A stretch of DNA of 64,000 bases from Ranitomeya imitator (GCF_032444005.1 NC_091282.1:273420001-273484000), one strand, 5' to 3'. Shown: positions 36,906 through 47,844, counted from the first letter of the stretch. The notes: generated from the sequence alone by a model not told the origin. A program made the numbers and translations.

Positions 36906-39579
36906 ATTCTGTGGCAGAGCTCCCTCCTGTGGTCACAAGTGGTACTTCGGCTGATTCTCTCTATGAGCTTCCGTTGGTGGAGGAAAGTGGTACTGCGGCT
37001 TCTGAGTTTCCTTCCTCAGGTGATGTGGTGAAGTCGTTAGGTGCTGCTCTATTTAACTCCACCTAGTGCTTTGATCCTGGCCTCCAGTCAATGTTCTAGT
37101 ATTGGACTTGCTTCCTCCTGGATCTTTCCTGTGGCCTGCTGCTCTGCATAGCTAAGTTGCTCTTGTGTTATTTTTGTTTGCTGTTTTTTCTGTCCAGCTT
37201 GTTTATTTGTTTTTCTTGCTCGCTGGAAGCTCTGGGACGCAGAGGGTGTACCTCCGTGCCGTTAGTCGGTACGGAGGGTCTTTTTGCCCCCTTTGCGTGG
37301 TTGTTTGTAGGGTTTTGTGTTGACCGCAAAGTTACCTTTCCTATCCTCGCTCTGTTCAGATAGTCGGGCCTCACTTTTCTAAATCTATTTCATCTCTACA
37401 TTTGTCTTTTCATCTTAACTCACAGTCATTATATGTGGGGGGCTGCCTTTTCCTTTGGGGTATTTCTCTGAGGCAAGGTAGGCTTATTTTCTATCTTCAG
37501 GCTAGCTAGTTTCTCAGGCTGTGCTGAGTTGCATAGGGAGTGTTAGGCGCAATTCACGGCTGCCTCTAGTGTGGTTGGAGAGGATTAGGGATTGCGGTCA
37601 GCAGAGTTCCCACGTCTCAGAGCTCGTTCTATGTTTTTGGGTTATTGTCAGGTCACTGTATGTGCTCTGACTTCTATGTCCATTGTGGTACTGAATTACC
37701 TAATCATAACAGACAATGAGCAAATCAGGGTCACAGATAAGAGAAATTTAGGCTGTATAGTACTAATGGTAACAGACCTAGCGACTCTCTTAGTACGCTT
37801 AGGGCAATCAGAGATAACATGAGCAGAATCACCACAGTAAAAACACAGCCTATTCTGATATCTGAATTCCTGCCGTTCTATTCTAGTCAAAATCCTATCA
37901 CATTGCATAGGTTCAGGACTATGCTCAGAGGATACTGCCATATGGTGCACAGCTTTGCGCTCGCGCAGACGCCGATCAATCTGAATGGCTAGAGACATAG
38001 ATTCGCTCAAACCGGCAGGCGTAAGAAAGCCCACCATAACATCTTTAAGGGTTTTAGAAAGACCTTTTCTGAAAATAGCAGCCAGAGCCTCTTCATTCCA
38101 TTTAGTGAGCACAGACCATTTTCTAAATTTCTGGCAGTATAACTCTGCCGCTTCCTGACCTTGACACAAGGCCAACAGGGTTTTTTCTGCATGATCCACA
38201 GAATAAGGTTCGTCATACAATAATCCGAGCACTTGAAAAAATGCATCTACATTCAATAATGCCGGATCCCCTGTTTCAAGAGAAAAAGCCCAGTCTTGAG
38301 GATCACCACGCAGCAAGGATATGATGATTTTCACCTGCTGAATGGGATCACCAGAAGAACGGGGTTTCAAAGCAAAAAACAATTTGCAGTTATTTTTAAA
38401 GTTCAAAAACTTGGATCTGTCCCCAAAAAACAAATCAGGAGTAGGAATTCTGGGCTCTAAAGCCGGAGTCTGGACAACATAGTCCTGGATATTCTGTACT
38501 CTTGCAGCAAGTTGATCCACACGAGAAAACAAACCCTGAACATCCATGCCAAAACATATATCCTGAACCACCCAGATATCAAGAGGAAAAAAAAGACAAA
38601 CCAAAGCACAGAATAAAAAATGGTTCAGAACTTTCTTTTCCTTCTTTTGAGCTGCATTTAATTCATTTTTGACCACTTGTACTGTTATGATGCGGTGGTC
38701 TAGGAGCAACATGGAACGAGCTCTGAAGGAAGTGATAACTGTACTGACCGCAGTCCCTAAGCTCAACACAACAGTAGAAGCAGCCGTGGAATGCTCCTAA
38801 CTCTCCCTATGCATCTCGTCACAGCCTAAGAGCTAACTACCCCTAAAGACAGAAGCAGGAAAACTATCTTGCCTCAGAGAAAATCCCCAAAGGATAGATT
38901 AGCCCCCCACAAATAATGACTGTGAGTGAAGAGGGAAAAGACATACGCAGAATGAAACCAGGATGAGCACAGGAGGCCAGTCTAGCTTGATAGATAGGAC
39001 AGGATGGAATACTGTACGGTCAGTATAAAACACTACAAAAATCCACGCAGAATTTACTAAAAATCTCCACACCTGACTAAAGGTGTGGAGGGTAAATCTG
39101 CTTCCCAGAGCTTCCAGCAAGACAGAATTAATTCATACTGATAATGCTGGATAAACATAGAAAACACAGAACGGATAAGTCCACAATCTGTGAACAGAAA
39201 AGAGCAAGCAAAAACTTAGCTTAGCTGAACTGGTCAGGATAACAGGGAAATCCAAAGAGATGTGAATCCAACCAGGAACCATTTACAAGTGGCACCAGCA
39301 GACATAAATAGCAGAGCAGAGACGATCAGTGGAAGCAGCTGAAGACAGCTAACTCCAAGGAGCAGCCACACCACTAGAAACCACAAGAGGGAGTCCAAGA
39401 GCAGAACTCACAAAAGTGCCACTTACAACCACCGGAGGGAGCCCAAGAGCGGAATTCACAACACAGGCCCGAGGGAAACTATTGCCGTGGAAGCTGATAC
39501 CGGGGAACAGGAAGCAGGAGAGGAAGGAAGCGGAAGTGGCTAAGGCGGAGACACAGGACTGAGTGACAGTAACTGAAAC

Positions 39580-39870
39580 ACAGAGTGGACTGGATATGGT
39601 AGACAACCAGGACAGACAGGGAATTGCGGAGACACAGGATGGACTGGATAGACACAGGCTGGACTGGATATAGCGGACGACCAGGACAGGCAGGGAATGG
39701 CGGAGACACAGGACGGACTGGACATGGTGGACGACCAGGACAGGCAGGGAATGGCAGAGACACAGGACAAACTGGATATGGCAGATGCCCAGGACAGGCA
39801 GGGAATGGCGGAGACAGGACGGACTGGATATGGCGGATGCCCAGGACTGGCAGGTTATGGCAGAGACACA
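39580..39870. repeat. About 54-bp tandem repeat inside the 5' LTR of element C
   Basis: Repeated CAGGACAGGCAGGGAATGGCGGAGACACAGGACGGACTGGA...; produces an 18-aa periodicity in the spurious ORFs over it. Confidence 0.85.
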
Positions 39871-40899
39871 GGACGGAGCAAGGAATAGAGAACCTGGGTT
39901 AAATGAGGACAATTGACAAACAGGCAAAGAGCAGAGGAAGGAATTACCTTATATACAAGACGTGCTGAAGGACTTCCGGGTCAGAGTCCTCCCAGGATCA
40001 TAGAGAAAAGGTATCGGGCGCCTGTAGTTCAGGAAAGTGAGGTGTACATGCGCAGAGAGGTGCTGGAGCGAGGAGTGCGCATGCGCACCCGCTGAGAACC
40101 AGGAAGAGGACGTGTGCCTGCAGGAGGAGCGCGCCGCCGTGGGTGAGAAGAAGCGGAGAAGACGGCGGCGGACCCGGCAGCTGGAGGAACAGGAGGAGCG
40201 TGCCGGAGCAGGTAAGTATGAGCTGAAGCGGGAAGACGAGTCCCATAATAGCTACCCTTACACTATGTCCATGGCATGGAGTAGACCCATTAAGAAAGAC
40301 TTTACAAACCAAGGCATATATAAATGACTCAGGGGCCTAGTAAGTGGCTTTCTGGTTTACAAGCAGAACCTAAACTGTATAACAAACATTTGGCCAACAG
40401 CTATTACTCCTACATCTTCTTACAAATCCATGCCCAGCTTTACCAAGAGTGCATGTATTTCAATTATTACCAAGGTGTAAACCACTGCCAGGCTCCACTA
40501 ACAATGGCTTATCCCAGGTGAGAACAAAAAGATCTGGCTTGAAATCTAAAAGGACTGACCCTTAAGCTTTTTATCCACATAAAATAGGTGGCATCTATAG
40601 GACTATCTTTCCTGACTATTTCTCACACATGAACTTTCAGCTAGGATGTTTCCAAAAGGGACAGTGGAAAAACCAGACACTGCTAGTAAGGGGGCTCATC
40701 ACCGAGGAGAACAAAAGGGTTGCTCCTTAAAATTCAAATGGGGGAAATTCAATAGGTTCTAGATTGTCGGACGATCCTAACAATATTGGTTCAGATGGCT
40801 AATGTCTAATGTGTATGGGGATCTTTAGATAGTTGTCAGGAATCCCAAATATTATATGGTTGATATGTTCTACAAAAGTTGGTTGGTTCTGCATCAGTT

Positions 40900-41780
40900 G
40901 TCTAATGGCCACCTTTAGGGATGATGCATTTCTAAAGTGAACTGTTGATGGTGTGTGAGGGATTGTTCAAAATATGAGGAGTGGAGGATCAGAAGTAGAA
41001 ATACATGAAATAATGTAGTGTCAGTATCATCAGCATTTGCTTCATCCGTAATAGAAGCCTGAAAGATCTTTCCAGCTACTTCAGACTTTGCTTCCCTCTC
41101 TGAGCCCACCCTGAAGAAAGCTTTGGTAGTGTTATTACAGATGGGTTGAACATCTCTTACTTTAATCTTTTGGGTTGGTTAGGTAGGTCTAAGGCAACAA
41201 TGAATCCAATTGTATACAGCATTTAACAGTAAATGATCTTGGTAAAAGGCCAAGCTCAAGGTTGTGAGTACAAAAGATTGAGATTTTGCAGTAGAGTTTT
41301 CTCAGATAAAATATTAAAGCATGATTGCACCAGATGAATTCACAATTTATATGGTCGACATCAACCTTATAGACACTCTTGTAATCCAGCCGAATGCAGA
41401 TGAAAGATACAAAGTCTTCCATACTCAGATATTTACATTAAATAGTATAGCATTATGTAATATTATCAGCTTTCTTATCAAAAGCGTAACTGAAGGTCAG
41501 GATAGCATAGGTCTTAGGTCACAATCTATCAGAAATTTTGATATATATGAAGCCTGTCCAGCAGCTTTTTCCTTATGGTAACTAAACATAAGGTCTGCAT
41601 CCCATTTACCCAGAACTGATGATAAAATATGCAGTAATATGAAGATATCATCTGCTAAAATTGCTTCCAGCTTTAAAATGTCTAAAACATTTAAGGAATT
41701 TTGCCGGGATGTCAGTTTAGGGTTGAATCATCATGGATCTTTCATGCCGTTATCAGGATGGTTGGTGTAAAAAGTATGAT
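40900..41780 (-). mobile_element. Highly degenerate L1/Tx1-like ORF2 3' fragment
   Basis: Coding-like minus-strand remnants such as ILSSVLGKWDADL; motifs are weak. Confidence 0.4.
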
Positions 41781-42003
41781 ATTATTGCTGTTTAATTGAC
41801 ATTCTGCCCTCCTCTCTCTGACATTCAGCCTTTCACTTTTCCAGCAGAATGACTTACTCTAACTGAAATTCTGCTTAAAACCAGTACACTATGTAAATGG
41901 ATTTCATGGTTTTAAAGGCTTATAAAATGCAAGCAAATAAAAGTAGCGCTACAGTATCAAATGCATTTCAAAACAGAATTTTATTTTATTTTATTTTTTG
42001 CAG

Positions 42004-42124
42004 GCTTCCCCAGATGTTGGAGGACTCATTGATACTGTTGATAAAGTTATGGGGCATATAACAAAAAACCTCTTCGAAAACCCATCTAGGATTGTTACAC
42101 TGGAAGGCAGTTCATCAGTAGCAG
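42004..42124 (+). CDS. ADGRD1: ADGRD1 coding exon; phase 0 to 1
   Basis: T-rich tract with TTGCAG acceptor, G|GTAATT donor; ASPDVGGLIDTVDKVMGHITKNL..VTLEGSSSVA versus recalled human LIDTIDTVMGHVSSNL..VTVEGSSAMA. Confidence 0.93.
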
Positions 42125-42267
42125 GTAATTGTCAGTTTCTATGGAACTTTATTACAATAATGGCACCAAAAGTATTCATGGCCTACAATCGGGCAGATAT
42201 TCAGTGTATCAAAAACATTTATTTTGGCATATTTCTGAGCATGCTACATCAGCATAACTTTTTGTAA

Positions 42268-42540
42268 GGCCGGGGTCACACTAGTGTATGGCATCCGATA
42301 CAAGAGCATTGGATGTGATATTCTAATGATTCTCAGCTCCTGCTCTGCTGTGATTGGGAGCCGACTGTCATGCGCCTGTGCTCCAAGCCTCTCGCACAGA
42401 CAGTATCGGAGCACAGCTGCGGAGGAGGCAGAGAAAGTAATCTCTCCATCTCCTCCACTGGCGGCGTCGGCGTATATCGCATCGCACTTGGATGATATCC
42501 GAGTGATATGCGCTGTGTCACTCGCACCCATAGACTGAGA
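42268..42540. mobile_element. Truncated Harbinger-like MITE
   Basis: Starts TAA|GGCCGGGGTCACACT, like the other GG..TCACAC-terminated MITEs; the second end was not found. Confidence 0.5.
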
Positions 42541-42653
42541 GTTTTCCAGGCATCTATTCTAGACATACAGGCTGAATGGTGTGAACAGAGCCTAAGCTAT
42601 GATATAGCAAAAATAGTGGAGGAACTATGATGGTCATCGGAGGGAGATATATA

Positions 42654-44257
42654 CAGTGGGGCAAAAAAGTATTTAGTCAGTCAGCAATAGTGCAAGTTCT
42701 ACCACTTAAAAAGATGAGAGGCGTCTGTAATTTACATCATAGGTAGACCTCAACTATGGGAGACAAATTGAGGAAAAAAAATCCAGAAAATCACATTGTC
42801 TGTTTTTTTATCATTTTATTTGCATATTATGGTGGAAAATAAGTATTTGGTCAGAAACAAACAATCAAGATTTCTGGCTCTCACAGACCTGTAACTTCTT
42901 CTTTAAGAGTCTCCTCTTTCCTCCACTCATTACCTGTAGTAATGGCACCTGTTTAAACTTGTTATCAGTATAAAAAGACACCTGTGCACACCCTCAAACA
43001 GTCTGACTCCAAACTCCACTATGGTGAAGACCAAAGAGCTGTCAAAGGACACCAGAAACAAAATTGTAGCCCTGCACCAGGCTGGGAAGACTGAATCTGC
43101 AATAGCCAACCAGCTTGGAGTGAAGAAATCAACAGTGGGAGCAATAATTAGAAAATGGAAGACATACAAGACCACTGATAATCTCCCTCGATCTGGGGCT
43201 CCACGCAAAATCCCACCCCGTGGGGTCAGAATGATCACAAGAACGGTGAGCAAAAATCCCAGAACCATGCGGGGGGACCTAGTGAATGAACTGCAGAGAG
43301 CTGGGACCAATGTAACAAGGCCTACCATAAGTAACACACTACGCCACCATGGACTCAGATCCTGCAGTGCCAGACGTGTCCCACTGCTTAAGCCAGTACA
43401 TGTCCGGGCCCGTCTGAAGTTTGCTAGAGAGCATTTGGATGATCCAGTGGAGTTTTGGGAGAATGTCCTATGGTCTGATGAAACCAAACTGGAACTGTTT
43501 GGTAGAAACACAACTTGTCATGTTTGGAGGAAAAAGAATACTGAGTTGCATGCATCAAACACCATACCTACTGTAAAGCATGGTGGTGGAAACATCATGC
43601 TTTGGGGCTGTTTCTCTGCAAAGGGGCCAGGACGACTGATCCGGGTACATGAAAGAATGAATGGGGCCATGTATCGTGAGATTTTGAGTGCAAACCTCCT
43701 TCCATCAGCAAGGGCATTGAAGATGAAACGTGGCTGGGTCTTTCAACATGACAATGATCCAAAGCACACCGCCAGGGCAACGAAGGAGTGGTTTCGTAAG
43801 AAGCATTTCAAGGTCCTGGAGTGGCCTAGCCAGTCTCCAGATCTCAACCCTATAGAAAACCTTTGGAGGGAGTTGAAAGTCCGTGTTGCCAATCGAAAAG
43901 CCAAAAACATCACTGCTCTAGAGGAGATCTGCATGGAGGAATGGGCCAACATACCAACAACAGTGTGTGGCAACCTTGTGAAGACTTACAGAAAACGTTT
44001 GACCTCTGTCATTGCCAACAAAGGATATATTACAAAGTATTGAGATGAAATTTTGTTTCTGACCAAATACTTATTTTCCACCATAATATGCAAATAAAAT
44101 GTTAAAAAACAGACAATGTGATTTTCTGGATTTTTTTTCTCAGTTTGTCTCCCATAGTTGAGGTCTACCTATGATGTAAATTACAGACGCCTCTCATCTT
44201 TTTAAGTGGTGGAACTTGCACTATTGCTGACTGACTAAATACTTTTTTGCCCCACTG
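42654..44257 (+). mobile_element. Tc1/mariner DNA transposon, IR/DR type, complete copy 2 (1604 bp)
   Basis: CAGTGGGGCAAAAAAGTATTTAG...CTAAATACTTTTTTGCCCCACTG; TIRs of about 205-210 bp, each with inner and outer AAGTATTT(A/G)GTCAG repeats; TA on both flanks. Confidence 0.98.
43021..44043 (+). CDS. Tc1-family DD34E transposase, 340 aa, intact ORF
   Basis: Same motifs as copy 1; 10 amino-acid differences from copy 1. Confidence 0.96.
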   Translation: MVKTKELSKDTRNKIVALHQAGKTESAIANQLGVKKSTVGAIIRKWKTYKTTDNLPRSGAPRKIPPRGVRMITRTVSKNPRTMRGDLVNELQRAGTNVTRPTISNTLRHHGLRSCSARRVPLLKPVHVRARLKFAREHLDDPVEFWENVLWSDETKLELFGRNTTCHVWRKKNTELHASNTIPTVKHGGGNIMLWGCFSAKGPGRLIRVHERMNGAMYREILSANLLPSARALKMKRGWVFQHDNDPKHTARATKEWFRKKHFKVLEWPSQSPDLNPIENLWRELKVRVANRKAKNITALEEICMEEWANIPTTVCGNLVKTYRKRLTSVIANKGYITKY

Positions 44258-44620
44258 TATATAATTTCCAAATTGTTTAGAACCCCAAATAAACCTTCAA
44301 TAGAAGACCATAAAATGTAACTTTCATTTCTATTTATTAAAATAAAGAATATACAAAGGTTATAAAACGTTTTGTCCCTAATCTGTCTGAGAAGTCTGCA
44401 GTTATTTTATGCAGTATCCCTGCTAATTTATATTTATAAAGTGTATAGCACCCGGTATGTATGTAGCAGCACCATCAAGGGATGGGACATAGGTTTAAAG
44501 AAGCTATAATATGAACACATGTCACATGTAACAGTAAGTTATCAGGCCTTGCAAAGCTGAAGATCAAAATCAATTTGTTCTGTACAGATAATGAACTTTG
44601 GTGGTAAAGACAAATCATGG

Positions 44621-44829
44621 TTTGGACTGCGCTAACCGAAATCAAGATACTTGATCCACTAATATAAAGAAGTGCTTTTTACTCCACAACGCGTTTCCAT
44701 GCCGAACTGGCATCAGCCAACTGTACACTTGAGAAAGACTCTAGTCCAACACGGAAACGCGTTGTGGAATAAAAAACGCTTCTTTATGTTAATGGATCAA
44801 TGATTTTCATTTGGTTAGTGCAGCCCAAA
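44621..44829. repeat. Imperfect inverted repeat (arms of about 78 bp, 54-bp spacer)
   Basis: 44621-44698 is roughly 80% identical to the reverse complement of 44753-44829; both arms end in GGAAACGCGTTGTGG. Confidence 0.8.
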
Positions 44830-45809
44830 CTGTGAATTGTCTTTTTATTCAATCATCCCGGTGGAATTCATCCAACCATGGCGCAGCAGCAACCGTTATA
44901 CCGACACAACTCGTTCAGGTGGGCACATTACCTGGATCCAATATATCACCATATCACCCTATGGTCTAGTGTGCTTTGTTTCATAAAGTGACATTTTTCT
45001 CTGCCATAATGGTGGTAGATGGAGTGCCTATGATTATTACAGACGCCTGCATTTTTTTGTGTGCAGCCTTAAAATTTCTCTGGGAGTCACAGTATTCTTC
45101 CATGAGAGCAATTCTTTGTTTGATGTTTTTCAACAAAATTCTTTGCATTACTCTTGATATGCATCCTTCACGGTAGTCCAGAGCTGCTTACTAAATTTAG
45201 CAGGTTTCAGAGCTAAGATCTCTCAGCATTTCTCGCGAATGCTAAGTGTAACTCGTACAGTAATCTGATGTAGGGCTACTAAGGGTGCATTTACACTGGC
45301 AAGATTATTGTGAACAAGAGAGCTCGTTGCACAATAATTTTGCATACTAAACAGGCTGCCGAGCACCCGATTTGATGTATCGAGTGAAATGATCTTTTGT
45401 ATCATAGGAGGGGAGGATGAAGCTAAGCACAAAATGTGAATAAAAATCCAAAATGTATTAAGTGAAACACGCCAGGTTTTGTTTTTAATCATGGTTTTCA
45501 CTTAATAAATTTTGGATTTTTATTCACTGGACGTTTGTGCTGAGCTTCATCCTCCCCTTCTATTCTACATTGCCGCAATCACCGGCTGGACTAGCACCTT
45601 CAGGAACACATCGAACCAGGACTTCACACTGCACGGTGTGGTAAGCTGTTTTTTTCTCTTATTATTACTGACATTTTGTATATTCGTTCTCGGCAGCACA
45701 TCGGTCCATGTGAACAAGATCTGCGCATCCAAGAAGAATGGAAGCTTTTGCACGCTGAACAATGTATTGTGCGTCTGATGAACGGTCTGTCTTTGTGAAC
45801 AGGCTATAA

Positions 45810-46055
45810 GGCTATGTGCACGCGTTGCGGTTTAGCCTTAGGAATTTCTGGTGCGGATTCTGCATCTCTTGGCAGAAAACGCAGCTGCGGATTAGTCGCA
45901 TTTTTTATGCTGATCCGCAGCGGTTTTTGTGCGGTTTTGCTGCGGATTTTTTGCGGATTTTCAGCATTTTACCCCTGTGGATTTCTATAGTGGAATGGGT
46001 ACACCGCAAAAAACGCTGCGGATCCGCAGAGAATCCGCAATGTGTGCACATACCC
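45810..46055. mobile_element. Harbinger-like MITE with GCGGATTT-type internal repeats
   Basis: TIRs GGCTATGTGCAC / GTGCACATACCC; TAA and TTA flanks. Confidence 0.65.
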
Positions 46056-47844
46056 TTATACTGATATGTGGTTGTTTAATGCCGTAATTCGGGTGGTGTA
46101 AATCCACCTTACTCCCTCTCCTATTATCAGCGCTTAGCTAATCTTTAGAGGCGTGTGTCAGCCAACAAGCATTTTAATGTGTTATCAATCCCAAGAAGCA
46201 GAATTGTGAATACAGCTCAGGATAATACAACTGGCTGAGATAAGGAATGCGATGTGTAGACAAGGCTTCTCAAGTTTTATGTAGATTATATCTATGTTTA
46301 AGCTATAAAATGTTTTTAAAGGTCACATTTCTATTAAACGCATTATTCTTTATGGTTTGCGCACAACTGATTCATAGCAGAAGTCTGAAAATCCACTCCA
46401 TACATCTGAATGGATTCAGAGTAATAGCATAGTAAAAACAATTTCTGCAGGAAACCTGTCTTGTATGAATGTACCCTTAGGCATCTCAATTTTGATGTAG
46501 AGTTAATATTTTTTTTTACTGGAAACCAAGGAAAAATATCTTGTACACAATCATGTAGAACGCTGCTGCGAACACTTTCTCCAGCTTTAGCATTTCATCC
46601 TGGTTTACCAGAAGAATTTCCATTATCATTATTTAATTAAAATGAAAGTTTCATGTGAAGTTATATATGGCAGCATTCCACGGCTGGTAATGCTGTATGC
46701 ATACAAACATCTCCTTTGAAGTGTAATATATATCCAAAGTGATGTTTGATGTACGGACAAGCGGTATGCATGGCTATGTCATTCACAGTTCTGCCGTTGT
46801 GTGGGAACATAGAGATGCTGGAAGATAAATAGACTATGTTTGCTATTGCTGGTCATTTGCTATTATGCAATATAGAAGATACATTAGTTGAATTAGCTCT
46901 GGGGAGTGTTGCTTCTCATTGAAGAGATCTGGCTGTTGTATGGAAACTTAAATGGCAATTCTCCATGGGAAAGAGAGTATGCAAATTAGTCCTTCTCCAT
47001 TCGGAGGAAAACTCTGATATCAGCCAAGCAAATCACTCATCTGTGCCCAGCTGTTTCAGGGTCTTTTCCTGTGCCATAACTATAGTTGGTGCAGGGGTGA
47101 CCATCACGCTTGTACCTTGGAGCTAGAGAAAGCCTAAAAGATCCCATTGGTATATATGATTATTCCAATAATATTGAAGACTAACAGTATTGTGTGTCGG
47201 GTTGAAGTTTTTGCACAGTGAACAATGTTATGTTCTTGGTCCTTGCCCATTGTCAGCACAGAGCAGGGTACAACCCCCAAACTTAACCATCAGCTGATCT
47301 TCTTCATTTCCAACCTTTGTAACAAGAGATGTAGGTTAGAGGTCCCATTGCCATACCTGGGCCTCCCACAGCCCTGCTATATGCACAATAAAATGACATC
47401 CTGGCTACGACCGTAGATTCTCTCATCCAAGAGAATTAGTTCGATTGTTCTAATGACACTCCGATCAAACTCTATTTAGTAGTTGATCCATAAGTAGCAC
47501 CAGTAGAAGATCGTGATCAGGTCTGAATCAGACTTGAGAGACGATGCGGCTGTATAAGAGGACTGTTCATGTGGGCCGCTACTTCCAATGTAGACATACG
47601 GTTCAGTGTGTGGGCTGGGGCTGTGCTTCAGGGAATGGAGACTACCAGTGCGCCAAGCACACCGTATACCCGGTGACCAGCATATCAAGGACTTGCGGCT
47701 CAGTGGGAATTACCGGTAACTCCCGCTAGGGCCAGTGCAACAATCAGAGGTGTTTATAGAGACTACAATGCTGACGAGGCTAGTGCTAATAGTGACGCCT
47801 ATGAAGTTGAGACATAAAGGCATTAACCACTGTTTAATTGTTAA

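Larger units (their letters stand above)
31892..37711 (+). mobile_element. Ty3/Gypsy chromodomain retrotransposon A, full length and young; LTRs 31892-32705 and 36898-37711
   Basis: Two 814-bp TG...CA LTRs with about ten visible differences; GACAAT duplicated at 31886-31891 and 37712-37717; polypurine tract before 36898. Confidence 0.97.
27891..39463 (-). mobile_element. Ty3/Gypsy chromodomain retrotransposon B, inserted in the 5' LTR of C; LTRs 27891-28685 and 38683-39463; interrupted by element A
   Basis: Paired LTRs; CAGGCC duplicated at 27885-27890 and 39464-39469; gag (about 37712-38545), protease-RT (30712-31890, YLDD), RNase H-integrase-chromodomain (28596-30829) with several frameshifts. 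Confidence 0.95.
23554..40250 (-). mobile_element. Ty3/Gypsy chromodomain retrotransposon C (degenerate), outer element of the nest. 3' LTR collapsed (23554-23590); gag-pol about 23600-27764; 5' LTR 27778-27890 plus 39470 to about 40250, split by element B
   Basis: Frameshifted minus-strand segments: gag (27160-27764), protease (DSGAAGNF), RT ([11 protein letters not shown]), RNase H (ILEVDASAIG), integrase (HPQTNGQ, GPWYIGPF) and chromodomain (FLVDWKGF); purine tract next to the 3' LTR. The right boundary is approximate and no TSD was found. Confidence 0.85.

Noticed and set aside
47470-47830. GC-balanced, coding-looking stretch
   Set aside because: All frames are interrupted and no motif could be assigned; possibly an old LINE fragment.
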